Shown: positions 36,368-49,619 of the stretch, one piece after another | How positions within the stretch are numbered: position 1 is the first letter of the stretch | How the letters are laid out: each line of letters begins with the position of its first letter | DNA from: Schmidtea polychroa | Taxonomy: Eukaryota | Direction: 5' to 3' | Assembly: GCA_044892525.1 (NCBI GenBank) | Contig: CM097885.1 | Coordinates: 35,528,001 to 35,592,000 of the forward strand | DNA length: 64,000 bases | Program-made: the position numbers and the translations under genes | Notes under the pieces: model-generated | What the model saw: the letters and a program-made list of their open reading frames with translations, nothing else | Database searches by the model: none | Told to the model about the DNA's origin: nothing

Positions 36368-39300
36368 TTAGACCAGTCGTAATTGATTTATAATTATTTC
36401 TGCAGTAATGCTTTTTAACATTAATTTATGTGATTTAGAGTCTTCTGGTGTTAGTCCTTGGATATATTCAGGATCAGTATTAAAATATTTAAGTTCTATA
36501 GGTTTTATATTTTGAACTTGATTATATAAAGGTTTAGGAATTAATATTTCAGGATATTGGATTTCTACTTTAGCAAGTTGAAGGTCTGTAATCTCTAGGT
36601 TATAAATTTCATTTATTTTATCAAGATTTTTTATTATAGGGATTAAATCATTTCCAATAGGTAATGTTGTCTTCAAGTCAGAAAGTATAAATCTTTTATC
36701 ATCATAATTTGTTATAGCAATCTTGTTACACTCTTCAAGATATATATTATGTTTCTCTGATTTAAGATGATGGGTTTTAGCAATTTTATTTTTATAATTT
36801 ATATTTAATGAATCTTTATACTCTTGATGTGTGAAGGTTTTTGACACTGATTTTTGAATTCCTTTACTTTTATTTTCTTTATAGCTTTTCGGGTTTTCAG
36901 GGAATGAAGGATATTCAAATGTGTGATCTATTTCAACAGATCCTTCTCCCTCCCCTATTATAAATTTTATTGTATGCTCTTTCATAATTGGTTTGTCTTT
37001 CATTTCAAGAGAATATTGTTTAGGTCTAATAAACACTCCTCCACTTATTGGAGTATTTGGTTTTTCATCTTTAAAAGTAAATAATTCTCCAGAGTTGTTT
37101 ATTAATTTATTTAAGGTTTCGTTTTCACTTATTTCCTTTTTTAAATCTTTACTATGACCTTTTAAAAACATACTATCAGTGTCCATAGCATGCATGGATA
37201 TTCGATCTCCAAAATGGGGTACTAGAACATCATAGTAGGTCTCATACATTTGAAGCTTTGAAAGTTCTAAAATTGAAAAATCTATAAAGATTGGTTTATT
37301 ATAAGTTTTTACAGAGTTTTTAATCTCTATAGCTATAAGGTTACTAGAGAATATCTCTGCATTTTTAAATGTAGGCTTTCCAATTATTCGATTATATTTA
37401 TTAAGATCTTTTGTTGTATTGGTTAAGAGCTCTACACGAGTATATTTATCAATATTCTCCATTGTCTTTCCAAAGACTGCATTGTTTAAAAGTTTATAAA
37501 TCATATCAAGAAAAGCATTTCCAGCTCTCTTTGCTGCATTTCTTTTTAAGATATTTCCCTCGATGAATTTTTTCATAAAAGGAGCTTGTCGAAATTTAAT
37601 TATAGAATGTACTTTTTTTAAAACCATTCCATATGAGAGATAAAACTGGAGGAGTCTATAATGACAAAGATAATCAGTTTTATCTGTTTGATCACATAAA
37701 AGTTTTATACATGGTGTTCTATTCTGAGCAATCTGCCAATCTGATAGTTCTTCAGGAGAGATCTTTCTTCTTACAGGAGCAAATGGAAAATATCTAGTTC
37801 TGGATTTTATTTCATTGGGATATTCAAGATCACATTCTACAACATATCCAAATTGAGAATCTTTTGGTGTTTTTAGAATTTCTTGTATTAATTCCTCAGT
37901 GGGTTCTGTCCAGGTGAACTTGCCAATTGAAAGGTATTGAGTCATTACTCCCGCATATAAAGCTGTTGCATCTATATACATTATTTCAGAAGGATTAGAA
38001 AGACCTTCCATTATTTCCTTACGATCTTCTGGGTTTGTTATTTCTACATATAGAGCATCAGGATCTTTGAAAAATTTAGGATAAAGAGTTGTAAAATTAT
38101 TAGCATTTATTTCTCTATTCCCTTGTACTGAAGAAATACCTCCTCTAATATTATGTTTATATACATTAAACATATCAAGCTCAACTAATAATTCAATAGT
38201 TTTATTTCTTACTGCTACATCTTCATCAGTCCATATGGTATATAATAATATATCCCAAGCTAGAGAGGGAGCGGTTATATAATTATAAGGTTTTAATTCA
38301 AAAGCTTTTGAAAATGTCTCGAAGCAATCAGCTAAGATATAAACATCCAAGGAAAGATACATGTCAGTATATTCTCCAAGGTTTCTACAGTTGAATAGAT
38401 TCCACATTTTAACTGCACGGGAATATTCCTGATCAGAAATCCCTGATTGTGTTAAAACAGAAAAGAAATCTTCTTGGGGTGGGAGTAATTCATTATATTT
38501 TTCAAAGGAGTCTATATAATCATATGAATAGATTCCTTTTGCTAGACAGGTATTATATTCCTCTAATGGAATATTGTTTTTTAATAACACATGTTCTTTT
38601 GTATATTTAAAATCCTCAGGGTTCATAGTTTTAGCAATCCCATCCAAAGACATCCCTAAGAAATTTAACGAGTCCAAAAACTTAAAGCATCCATATTGAA
38701 TGCTTTTATATTTTTCTTTTGTAAGTCCAATAACCTTGAAAGAGATTTTAGCATTTGCGGCCAGATGCTTAATGAATAGGTGAATATCATAGCCAAAAAG
38801 ATTGTGAAATATAAATGGTATGTGTGTTGGTTTTTTACAATTGAGATTACATTTTTATGGGCTGCTCCTCTGTAATTATTTTCTCTTTTAAAATGATCAT
38901 GGTCTGCAACCTTTGGCTCCTCATCCTCCTCCTCCTGAATATCAAACTCTTGTTTACACATCCAGCAGTGTGTTGCATTTTTATATTCTTCCTCTTGTTC
39001 TTCTGAAAAATTCATAGGAAAGTTGGATTTTAATATTATATATAATTCATGTTCTAGATTATTTAAAGTTTTAACAAAATGATCTAGAGTCTCTTTGTCA
39101 GAAGTTCCTCTAAATGAATATTCTCTAGATTCTACAAGTTCTGGATAATTACTTTTAAAAAACATTTTATAAGCAGAGGGTAATTGTTTTGTTAGTTTTA
39201 CAGTATTAGTTTTTGTTCGTCTTAGTTTTACATTTATAGCTTCAAAATCACAATAAACCACTCCCAATGCTTCTAATAGATTGGAATAGTTTTTAAACCT

Positions 39301-40760
39301 CATATTAGCATTTTTCTTGTGTGGCATTTTTATTAAAGCAGGTTGATTCTTACAACAGAGTCTCTCATGTTTAATAGCAGCAAGTTTTGAACTTGAATGA
39401 TATAAACATCTTTTACAACATATGCCTCCACGAATGAGTGTGTTTCCTTTCATAAAACTTTGAAAATTCTTTATTAAGATATAATGAAGTTTTTTATCTA
39501 ACATAGTGCCTCCGGACGCAGTGCTTTCTGCTTCTGGTTCTAATGAAATGCCTTCTTCTGCTTCTCTCCTCGGGTGAACGCTTTGAACCTCTTCACCATA
39601 TTCTTCTCCATCAAAGTCTTCATCTGGTTTACCTTCTTCTAATATTAAAAGATCTACTTCTCTCTTTTCATCTGAGATTTCCATGTTAGAAATGTAAATA
39701 GGAATAATGTGTTTATAATTTTTATTTTTTCTAGTTTTTGTAATTTTGGTTGGAATGAATTGATAAATATTAATTTTAAGATTATTTAATTTTTCAAATG
39801 CTGGAACATCTTCAATTTTCATTGGGTGGGAAAAATCTTTTGGATAAATTAATTCAGATTCATATTCTTCATATTTTTGAACTCTCTGTGGGTTAGTTGC
39901 TTGAGGATGTAAGTGTGCAAGTATTGACCATTGAAAACATTTATTATCTTTATTCTGTACATTTATAACATGGTTGGAGGTGAATGGTGTGTGAATAAAA
40001 GATTTAGGATTTGGTGGTGCGCCTCTCCAGTATTCAATCTCTATATTTTGAAAAGAGTGGAATCTTAAATTAGATTCTCCTAGTTCTTGTTCCACCTGTT
40101 CTTGTTTTTCTTCCAATTCTTTAGCTATATCATTAACAAGTTTATTTCCTGCTTTTGTAGAAAATAAATATTTATATGAGGTTTCAATTTTTACATCTAG
40201 AGGCATTGCGATTGAATCATCTCCTCTCCAGTATTTTGCATTTCCTGTAAATTTAACTTTTATAACATTAAATCTTGATCTACCAAATTTTTTTATAGCA
40301 TCATCCATTGATGATATTATTTTTTTTTATTTTCTCTTATATATTGCATGATTGATCTGGGTCCTCGTTTTACTTCTACAATTACATCGGTGTGATTGAA
40401 GTTGTCCCAATTAAACTCTAGTTTTTCAGCTTTTTCAGTCATTGAGTTTGAATCAGAATCTTTTGCTTCAAGACCACAATCTTCTATGTGTCTTAAGTAA
40501 AAAGATTTTATCTTCATCTTTTTTCCACATGCTGAACATTCGAATATTTCTCTGTTTTTAGGAACTCCAATACAATTTTTAAAATGCTTCTTATAACCTG
40601 AAAATAAATATCTATCCTTACATTTAGAACAGATTTTGGAATTAGTGTCATCTAGTGTGTTAGCTTTTATTAAATGGTCTTTTGATTTTTTATGAGATGT
40701 TAAAGCAGTTTTATTTTTAAAATTTTTTTCACAAATTTCACAATTGAAAATAGCTTCCAT
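36368..40760 (-). pseudogene. pPolB of B with N-terminal C2H2 zinc fingers, split by two single-base frameshifts in A-runs
   Basis: Adding one A at 40320-40328 joins RENKKK to IISSMDDAIKK. Adding one A at 38852-38856 restores RGAAHKKCNLNC..FHNLFGYD. Motifs YCDFE, YIDATALY, KLLNNAVFGKT, MDTDS, RPKQY. Confidence 0.9.
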
Positions 40761-40833
40761 TTTTAAAAGAATTTTTTGGTTGGATACGATGTTTTGGTTT
40801 TGATATTAATTTTTATTTTCTTTAAATCTAAAA

Positions 40834-41165
40834 GTGATCAGGCGACCTAGATCATTATGAATTAGGTAATCTGATATTCTTATAACATTAAATCCTTATA
40901 ACATTAAATCCTTAAGACCAAGTAGTGAGGAATCTATGCACCCCGTTACCTTTTCTCGGAATTACTAATCTATAAATACATCTATTCCGAACTTTTTTAC
41001 TTTTAAGGGAAGAAATTAAGGGTTAATGGCAATAGGGGACAAAGTTTAAAAGTTAAAAAAAGTGAAGAATATGGGGTAAAAAAGCATATAAATGTGGAAA
41101 ATATGGGTCAATAGCGCTGTTTTTTTTAGGGTGGGGGTGCTGGGGTGCATAGATTCCTCACTACT
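40834..41165 (-). repeat. Right TIR of B, with an internal terminus copy at 40921-40944
   Basis: Reverse complement of 25935-26267. Confidence 0.96.
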
Positions 41166-41171
41166 AATTTG

Positions 41172-42578
41172 GGAATGTTACATAGCCTCATCGGGCAATA
41201 GAGGTAAAAATTCTATATATTTGGCGGCTCTTTGGTGATTACGACCTATTTCTTCTCTTTTTAAAAGTGCAAGAATGCTATATAAGAAACACTTATGGTC
41301 GTTGTTTTTTACATTAATTATTGCATGTTTTAATTTTAATGCTGATGGGGTTTTTATATAGCTATGTCCGGATAATCTACTAACGGGTGCGTATTTCGTT
41401 AAAATAAAATCTATCTCTAAAATATTCATTACGCGCCACCCGCTTCCTAAATAGGTGAATTGCTCAATCTTTTCATTTAATTTGCTCACCCCCTCGTTTA
41501 TAAAGTTTGATGTAAAAACTTGAGCATTGTTTGAAAAATAATTATCCCGGATCTCCTCATCTTTTTCAAATTTAATTAAAATTGTAAATTGAATTTTTAC
41601 ATTGCCCATCTTTTCTATTTCCTCTATTAATCTTTCTTCAATTTTTGATGTTAGGGCTATTTTTACTAAGTTTTGATTTCTAATATCAAATTTTAAGGTT
41701 TTTCGCGATCCGTTCAAATCGGATTCTACCATAGGTTCAAACAAAGAGCCGCCTATTTGACATATGTTGAAAGACGTTGAAGCTACACATTCATCATTGA
41801 TGACTATCACTTCTTGTTGTGTAATGGGTGCGTGTTGTGTAATGGGTGCGTGTTGTGTGAAAGATGTTGAAGCTGATGACTATCACTTCAGGTCGCGATA
41901 ATTTATTCGGAATAAAATTGTTAATTAAACCAGCAGGTCTTTTAATAGAATCTTTTTTAATAATATTTATAGAATCTTTTTTAATAATATTTATAGTATC
42001 TTTTTTAATAGTATCTTTTTTAATAGTATCTGTTTTTTCTTTTATAATATTTTTTTTAATATTTTTTAAATCTTTTTTAATATCTTTTTTAATATCATCT
42101 TTTTTAATAATATTTTTTTGATTTTTTTGTAAATTTTTTTTATTTATTTTTTTATTTATTTTTTTAAATAAAACATTTTTTGAAATCGAAAATTGCCCTA
42201 AGTGACTATGATGTTTATTAAAAAATTCCCTATATTTTATTTTTTCGCTAGTCACGCATTTGGGACATATAAAAAAGTTGACTGAATTAAATGTTTTCCT
42301 ATAATATTTTTTCATTGTTCGGTGACACTGTTCGTTATGCCCAATTGAGGATTGACAATAATTTGGGTATAGTCTACCTGTTAAATAATAAAATTAAAGT
42401 TTTATTCTATATAGAAAACTATTTATTACATCTATAAGAAGTTATCATCATTTGTTATATAATTCAAATGAACTATATAACAAATGATGATAAATCCTTA
42501 TAGAAAATAGGTTAATATATTTGAGAGAATATGTTAAATATTAGAGTGACTATAGTATATACGTCAGATTATTATTTA

Positions 42579-42659
<81 letters not shown>

Positions 42660-42708
42660 AAAGAGAAGTAGCTGCATGCTCACTGCAAACTACTGTATAC
42701 GGGGTTTG

Positions 42709-42770
<62 letters not shown>

Positions 42771-42859
42771 AAAGAGAAGTAGATGCATGCTCACTGCAGA
42801 CTACTATGTAGCTGCATGCTTACTGCAAACTACTGTATACGGGGTTTGATTATTATTTA

Positions 42860-42892
<33 letters not shown>

Positions 42893-42952
42893 AAAGAGAA
42901 GTAGCTGCATGCTCACTGCAAACTACTGTATACAGGGTTTGATTATTATTTA

Positions 42953-43039
<87 letters not shown>

Positions 43040-43128
43040 ATAGAGAAGTAGCTGCATGCTCACTGCAGACTACTATGTAGCTGCATGCTTACTGCAAACT
43101 ACTGTATACGGGGTTTGATTATTATTTA

Positions 43129-43195
<67 letters not shown>

Positions 43196-44273
43196 TTAAC
43201 TACTGTAGATGCACATTGCAAACTACAAGAATTATTTTATAACTATAGTTTCGTAATCACTTTTTTAAATATTTTTATATTAATTTCATTATTTTCAGAA
43301 ACGTAGTATTTACTTCATAAATTCCTAATTTTCATCATAAATCATTTTCATCAAAAATATATAATTTTCGTCATATTTATTTTCAACATAATTTTCATCA
43401 TATAATCATAAATTTATAATTTTCGTCATATTTATTTTCAACATAATTTTCATCATATAATCATAAATTCATAATTTTCGTCATATTTTCATCATTTTCT
43501 TCATAAATCATTTTCTTCATAAATCATTTTCTTCATAAATCATTTTCTTCATAAATCATTTTCTTCATAAATCATTTTCTTCATAAATTCATCATAAGTT
43601 AATTATAAAAGTTTTTAAGAAAATAATGAAATTAATATGAAAATATTTAAAAAAGTGCTTATAAAATTTAAAAGAAATATAAAAATATATAAAAATAAAT
43701 AACTCTTACATTGCGATTCCATATCGGAATCAGAGTCCTCCTCAATAGAAACGACATTCATTTCATCGACCTCCTCAATAGAAACGACATTCATTTCATC
43801 GACCTCCTCAATAGAAGTGAAGGTATTATCTGCAATTGTTTCCTTGTCAACATAAGTGACGGCATTATCTTCAATTGAGTCCTCCTCTGCATCAATGTCG
43901 ACATTAAACGCTGAAAAAAATTTTTTTTTTAAATAAAATACTAAAGTAAAATAAATTTACTTTTTTCTTTGAAACCCTTGTTTTGCCCAACATCATTAAC
44001 TGGGGCATCATTTTGTTCAATAAAAACGACATCATCGTCGTCATCGCTAATAATAATAATAGGATCTAAAATATATAAAATTAATTTTAATAAAAATTAA
44101 AATGATAAATTTACCGAAGATATTTTCCACATTTAAAATTGTTTCATCTTCGGTAACTTCATACCAGTCGAATGGTTCTAAAAGAATAAAATAAAATATA
44201 ATAAAATAAAATAAAATAAATTACCAGTCGTCGTCAACAGATTTCGTAGAATTCTATTATTAGTGTTCTCCAT
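41172..44273 (-). pseudogene. pPolB of element A, spliced 5' part: exons 44273-44225, 44177-44115, 44065-43961, 43910-43710, 42377 onward
   Basis: Four GT-AG phase-1 introns (47, 49, 50, 1332 bp) give an open frame into QCRLYPNYC..H...CH..MKKYY, homologous to pPolB C. Frameshifts near 41800-41880 and ~41200. Confidence 0.85.
42575..43600. repeat. (ATT)n blocks alternating with GCTGCATGCTCACTGCA units, then 16-bp TCATAAATCATTTTCT repeats, within the large pPolB intron
   Basis: Direct reading; the GCTGCATGCTCACTGCAG unit also occurs twice at ~22798-22862. Confidence 0.9.
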
Positions 44274-45014
44274 TAAAATAGATTTTTGAAATTTTGAAAT
44301 AATTGTGACAAATTTTAGATTTGTCAATGTTTATAAAGAGAATGAATATTTTCCTGTCCCAGCCAATCAGAATATAGACACACACACATATACACCTAAT
44401 ATTTTACTCTCTCAACCAATCACACGCATGCATGTATGTAATGTAAATCATTCAAATTACATGTGACTGCCTTTGTTAGTCATGTCTTTGTTAACTTGCA
44501 CTGTGCATGCTTCAGGCAAAGGCAGTCTTTATGTTACAAATAATAATATTTATTTGAATAATAATAAAATTAATTAAAAATAATAATATTTTTCACAATA
44601 ATAATAATATTAATAATAATAATAACGTATATTACCAAATAGTATCACTACACCTAATAGTATCATTAATACTATATTTAGTGATACTATTTAAATAATA
44701 TCACCATATTAAAACATTGTATATGGAGTGTATATGGAGTGGAGTTCTGTAAGGCGTGGATTTCTTCAAACACCGAATCCCGATTAAATAACAAGTCTAT
44801 ACTTGATGAAAATGATTATTATGAGGACGTTGAGTATTTGGATGATGATGATGAATAAATTTTTGATAATTATCTAAACTTATTTTTTATTAAAATGACC
44901 AAAGCACTGAATAATATCACTATACTAACTCTAATATCTAATATATTTTTTTTGGTGATATTATTTTTATAGTATCACTGATACTATTCGGTGATATCCG
45001 TTAATAATAATAAT

Positions 45015-45066
<52 letters not shown>

Positions 45067-45165
45067 TTAATAATAAAAATAATATTAATAATAATATTAA
45101 TAATAACACAACAACAGAGGAAAGGATACATTTATTAAACATCAAATTTATTAAACATTTTTTCT

Positions 45166-45550
45166 TTAAACATCAAATTTTTTGTACAATAACCAAGCTA
45201 AACAATGTTGACCGCATGTTTGGGTCAAGGGATTTTGAAACATAGTTTTATTATACACAATAGGTTTCCCCATTGTTTGTAGTTTTGATATCAAGAAAGC
45301 CGGGTAATAAAAACCCATAGGATCGAACACGAATATATTACCAGGTTTCATATATATAGCTATCCAATGTTCTCCACCGAGATGAGACGATTGAGTATTG
45401 ACGATTATTGCTTGATTATTGCTCAAATATGGAATTTTATCTAGAGGAAAAACTCCAACAAATTCATTTCCCAATATCTGTTTTCCGATTTTATTGACCT
45501 GAACAGAACTACTTAAATAAATCCAGAGTATAAAAAACAACTTACTCCAT
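45166..45550 (-). CDS. Adenain-like protease of A, with a probable 37-bp intron (45545-45509)
   Basis: FVGVFPLD, IVNT..GEHWIA, FDPMG, Q..CGQHC. Splicing GTAAGT..TAG yields MDSVQVNKIG. Confidence 0.88.
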
Positions 45551-45577
45551 GATAACTTTTTGTGTTTCAATATACAT

Positions 45578-46801
45578 TTATACCAACACAGTTCTATTTG
45601 CAGTAATTTGAACTTCATTTTCAAATACTCCATATATTATAACATGTACTGGTTCAGTAATAGCTTTTGCAAACTTTATATCCAGTCGTAAATTTCCATT
45701 TTGAGGTAATTGACTTTGATTTAAATCAAAATCAGGGGCTAAAACAAATGTAAAAAATGGGTATTTGCTTTTAAAATCTTCTAGAGTTATTCCGCAATTC
45801 AAATTTTTATCTAAATAACCCAGATTTCTAACAATACTCTGCATATATGTCGCACAGAAATTGTCATTCTAGAAATCTTGAATATATGTTTCTCTATAAT
45901 CAGTATTTTTCGACAAAGTCAATGAAGTAACATTAAAGTTTTTGAAAATTGAGCTGGACGCAGTATATGATCCATTATATTGTGCTTCACTTTGAAATGT
46001 TATCAGAATAAAATTAGGCATTCTTCTGTCACCAAATATTTGTTCTTTATAGAATGATGAAGCACCTTTAGCAATAGCAAATTGTACAATTTCCTTTGTT
46101 TTTAATGGATAAATTGCATGTTTTGAATTAAGACCCAATTGATGACCTGCTAATACTGAGGGGTCTACTCGTACTCTTCTCACCAATAATTTTGCATCAA
46201 CTAATTGACATATTGGTGCACCTGTAGCACTAGTAAGAGTTAGTGCAGAATCGGATCTTTTCAATCGAATGTGGACATTAACTCCTGGAAGCAAATATTT
46301 CGGTTGATCCATAAAATCGAGTTGTAACGATGAACACATGGTGAATGTTTTTGAGCCTTTAATCCACTTTTTTCTTTCATCGTCGGTTGCAGCATATCCC
46401 ATTGGAGTAAGACATGTATTTTTAGTATCGGAATTGTAATTTAAAATAGTTTCTATCAAAGCCTTGTGAATGAATGTATTATTACCACCTTCAATCTTGA
46501 TATTATTAAATCCCAACACAGCATCTTTAAAAAGAGTATGAAACATGAAATTGTTCGGTATTGCATCAGCAGCATCACCCAAAGCTTTTTTATATTTATC
46601 TATAACCTTGATCTGAACAGTCAATAAAGTATCGTTCAAATCTAAATATTCAGTTTGCGAACCATTAATATAAAACTCTATATCATTTCTACTATCAGTA
46701 ATTGAATTCATTGGAAAAACTTCCTCAAACGCCCCAAATTCTATTACAGCCTGGGGCGACGGTCTATCAAATATACATAATTCAGATTTACCACAAATCA
46801 T
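45578..46801 (-). pseudogene. Double jelly-roll major capsid protein of A with an in-frame TAG at 45871-45869
   Basis: CGKSELCIF, IEFYING..YLDLNDT, QPKYLLPGV..L.R, GNLRLDIKFA; both ORFs share a frame (QDF*NDNFCATYMQS). Confidence 0.92.
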
Positions 46802-47166
46802 TTTGCAAATATAGTTCCATGGCCTTTCATTCGTTTGTTTATACGTGATATTCCATGTCTTTTACGTTTTGGAGCATGAGCTGGAGCTGGAGGTTTTTCT
46901 TTTTGAAACATACCTGCAACCCCGGGAAAAACTTTCCCTAATTCTGCTAAAGCATTTGATTTTAGAGATGGTAATATTTTCTGTTCATTCATAATAACAT
47001 CTTTAGCAGTTTTCATACCAAAACTACCAATACGTTTAAGAATAGGAAGTGCAAATCTACCAATTGTTCTCAACCATTCTGATCCGTACTGTTTACCAAT
47101 AAAATATGGTAATTCACCGCCAGATTGGCTACCACTATACATACTTATAATATCCGAATTAGCCAT
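46798..47166 (-). CDS. Basic core protein precursor (pVII-like) of A
   Basis: QSGGELPYFIG.QYG..WLRTIGRFALPILK and a basic C-terminus; overlaps its neighbours by a few bases between the minor and major capsid genes. Confidence 0.8.
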   Translation of the reverse strand: MANSDIISMYSGSQSGGELPYFIGKQYGSEWLRTIGRFALPILKRIGSFGMKTAKDVIMNEQKILPSLKSNALAELGKVFPGVAGMFQKEKPPAPAHAPKRKRHGISRINKRMKGHGTIFAK

Positions 47167-48149
47167 CTACTTTACGAAAATGTAATGTTAAATGAGTTTT
47201 TGAATCTTTTGGAAATGCGATTAATTTACCAGAATCATCACGTATATTTATTTCTATATTGTTTATACATGAGGTTGACACAGGTAAATACATGGGATTA
47301 TCGATATTTATATTGACTACTTCATCATGTTCATATTTTTCAATCCAAACAGATTTCAGGAGTGGGACCAAAGAATCGCCAACAATAACAGGATCAACAA
47401 TATTACTATAGATGAACATTTGTTGGTGAAGTTTAATTATTTTCGGAGCTAGGGTACCTTGATCATCTTGAGCATATGTTGCTTTTGATAATCCTAATGT
47501 TTTTATTAGATTTGCATCAAAAGTAATTTCAGTAAATTCGGGATTCAAACTGAATTTGAATCTGTCTGATATTTCCAATGATTTAAATAAACCACTTTGT
47601 TTTAAATATGTCTGTAATTCATCCAATTTCGAAATGTATAAATTATCTTTGAACTCAAATGTACCAGACGTTATACCCGGATATGAAACTGTAAATAAAA
47701 TTGGTTCAAATCGCTGTACAGTTTTGGAATATCCCGGTCGTAGCACAGTGAATTTATCGGAAAGAACTTTATGACTTTGGGTTTTTAATTCCAATCGTTT
47801 TGCCATTTCCAAACTATCAAATTTTACAGTAAAAGGATAATTTTTACATTCAACTACTATATATGGATGGTTAATATACATTTTCACAGCTGGATCAGTT
47901 GAATTAGACAACCGAACTTCATCATCTGCATTATCAATGATCATAGACAATAATCTATCCTGCCACTCATTCTTTTTGTATCCAATTTTAGCCTTACTAT
48001 AAAATGGAAAGGCTTGGTATACAAATGTAAAATCCAACAGAGCAACTTCCCAGCTATTATCCAAATATATCGGATTTTGAAGATTGACCCTGAATTTGCT
48101 GGCTTTATTATCTGGATATATAAGTGGACAGCTATTGCTAGGTAAAATA
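47159..48149 (-). pseudogene. Minor capsid protein of A, disrupted by D; first codons lie at 63826-63813
   Basis: Removing D and one TSD gives MNFYIILPSNSCPLIYPDNKASKFRVNL..WEVAL; C-terminal MFIYSNIV..VGDSLVPLL, IEINIRDDSG, LTLHFRK. Confidence 0.93.
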
Positions 48150-49619
48150 AGTAGGTAGATAGTAGCCCACTGGAACAATTACCCCCCCCCGGGGGGGGGG
48201 GGGGGGTAAAATTGTTCCAACTTTTTATTACGCAATTGTTCCAACTCACATTTTTTGCTTTCAGGGATTTTTGGTCCAAATTATTTTTTTATCACACTAT
48301 AGTGAGGGGGTCTCGATGGTCCTGGGATTTTCAATACAAAAAATTTTTTTCAATACAAAAAGCTGGTCTACACTAAAAAAGCCAAGGAATTTTCAGACTA
48401 TAGTGAGGAGGTCTCGATGGTCCTGGGATTTTCAATACAAAAAATTTTTTTCTATACAAAAACGATGGTCCTGGGATTTTCAATACAAAAAAAAAATTTC
48501 TATACAAAAATCCGACTACCACTAAAAAGCATGGAATTTTCACGCTATAGTGAAGGGGTCTCGATGGTCCTGGGATTTTCAATACAAAAATCCTACTACC
48601 AATAAAAAAGCCAAGGATTTTTCAGACTATAGTGAGGTGAGTCTCCTTGGTCCTGAGAAATAGGTGGTCTACACTAAAAAAGCATGGTAATTTAAGGTCT
48701 CGGGATATTTTCAATACAAAAAGCTGGTCTACACTAAAAAAGCCAAGGATTTTTCAGACTATAGTGAGGTGAGTCTCCTTGGTCCTGAGAAATAGGTGGT
48801 CTACACTAAAAACGTGGTAAATTTTTCAATTAAAGTAAATAATGGTCCTAAAAATTAAATTAAAGTAAATTATGGTCCTAAAAATTAAATTATAGTAAAT
48901 TATGGCTCAAATTTTTAAATTACAGTAAATTATGGTCCTAAAAAATTAAATTACAGTAAATTATGGTCAAAAATTTTAAATTAAAAAAAACAATGGTTCA
49001 AATTTTTCAAATACAGTAAATTATGGGTCTAAAAATTAAATTACAGTAAATAATGGTTCTAAAAATTAAATTAAAGTAAATTATGGTTCTAAAATATTAA
49101 ATTACAGTAAATTATGGTCCAGATTTTTCAATTAAAGTAAATAATGGTCCAAATTTTTAAATTAAAGTAAATTTAAGTTCTTAAAAATTAAATTACAGTA
49201 AATAATGGTCCAAATTTTTAAATTAAGTAATCAATGGTAAAAAATTTTAAATAAGTAAATTAAAGTAATAATTTTTAAATTAAGTAATCAATGGTAAAAA
49301 ATTTTAAATAAGTAAATTAAAGTAAGATTTTAAAATTTAATTACAAAATAATAGAAGGTGTTTGAGAATTGAAATTTTTTAATGAAAATTTTTATGAAAT
49401 AATTTTTAAGTAATTTTTAATAGAAATTTTAATGAAATATTTTTCAATGGTAATTTTTAATGGAAATTTTTATGGAATAATTTTTTAAGTAATTTTTAAT
49501 GTAAATTTTTATGAAATATTTTTCAATGATAATTTTAGATGGAAATTTTTAAGATAATTTTTAATGAAAATTTTTATGACATATTTATCAAAGACAAATT
49601 TTAATAATAATTCAACAAC

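Larger units (their letters stand above)
25935..41165. mobile_element. Complete Polinton/adintovirus-like element B (15,231 bp)
   Basis: Termini AGTAGTGAGG..CCTCACTACT, ~333-bp TIRs, TSD AATTTG (25929-25934 and 41166-41171). Encodes MCP, integrase, ATPase, protease, minor capsid and pPolB. Confidence 0.97.

Noticed and set aside
44720..44860. Small acidic plus-strand ORF between the protease and the pPolB leader
   Set aside because: Candidate ATG frames stop within 20 codons and there is no supporting homology in the window.
48271..48605. Short ORFs in the D arms (and mirrors at 63355-63689, 54153-54344, 57616-57807, plus 18712-19002)
   Set aside because: They arise from tandem repeats or AT-rich sequence, mostly lack ATG starts and show no protein motifs.
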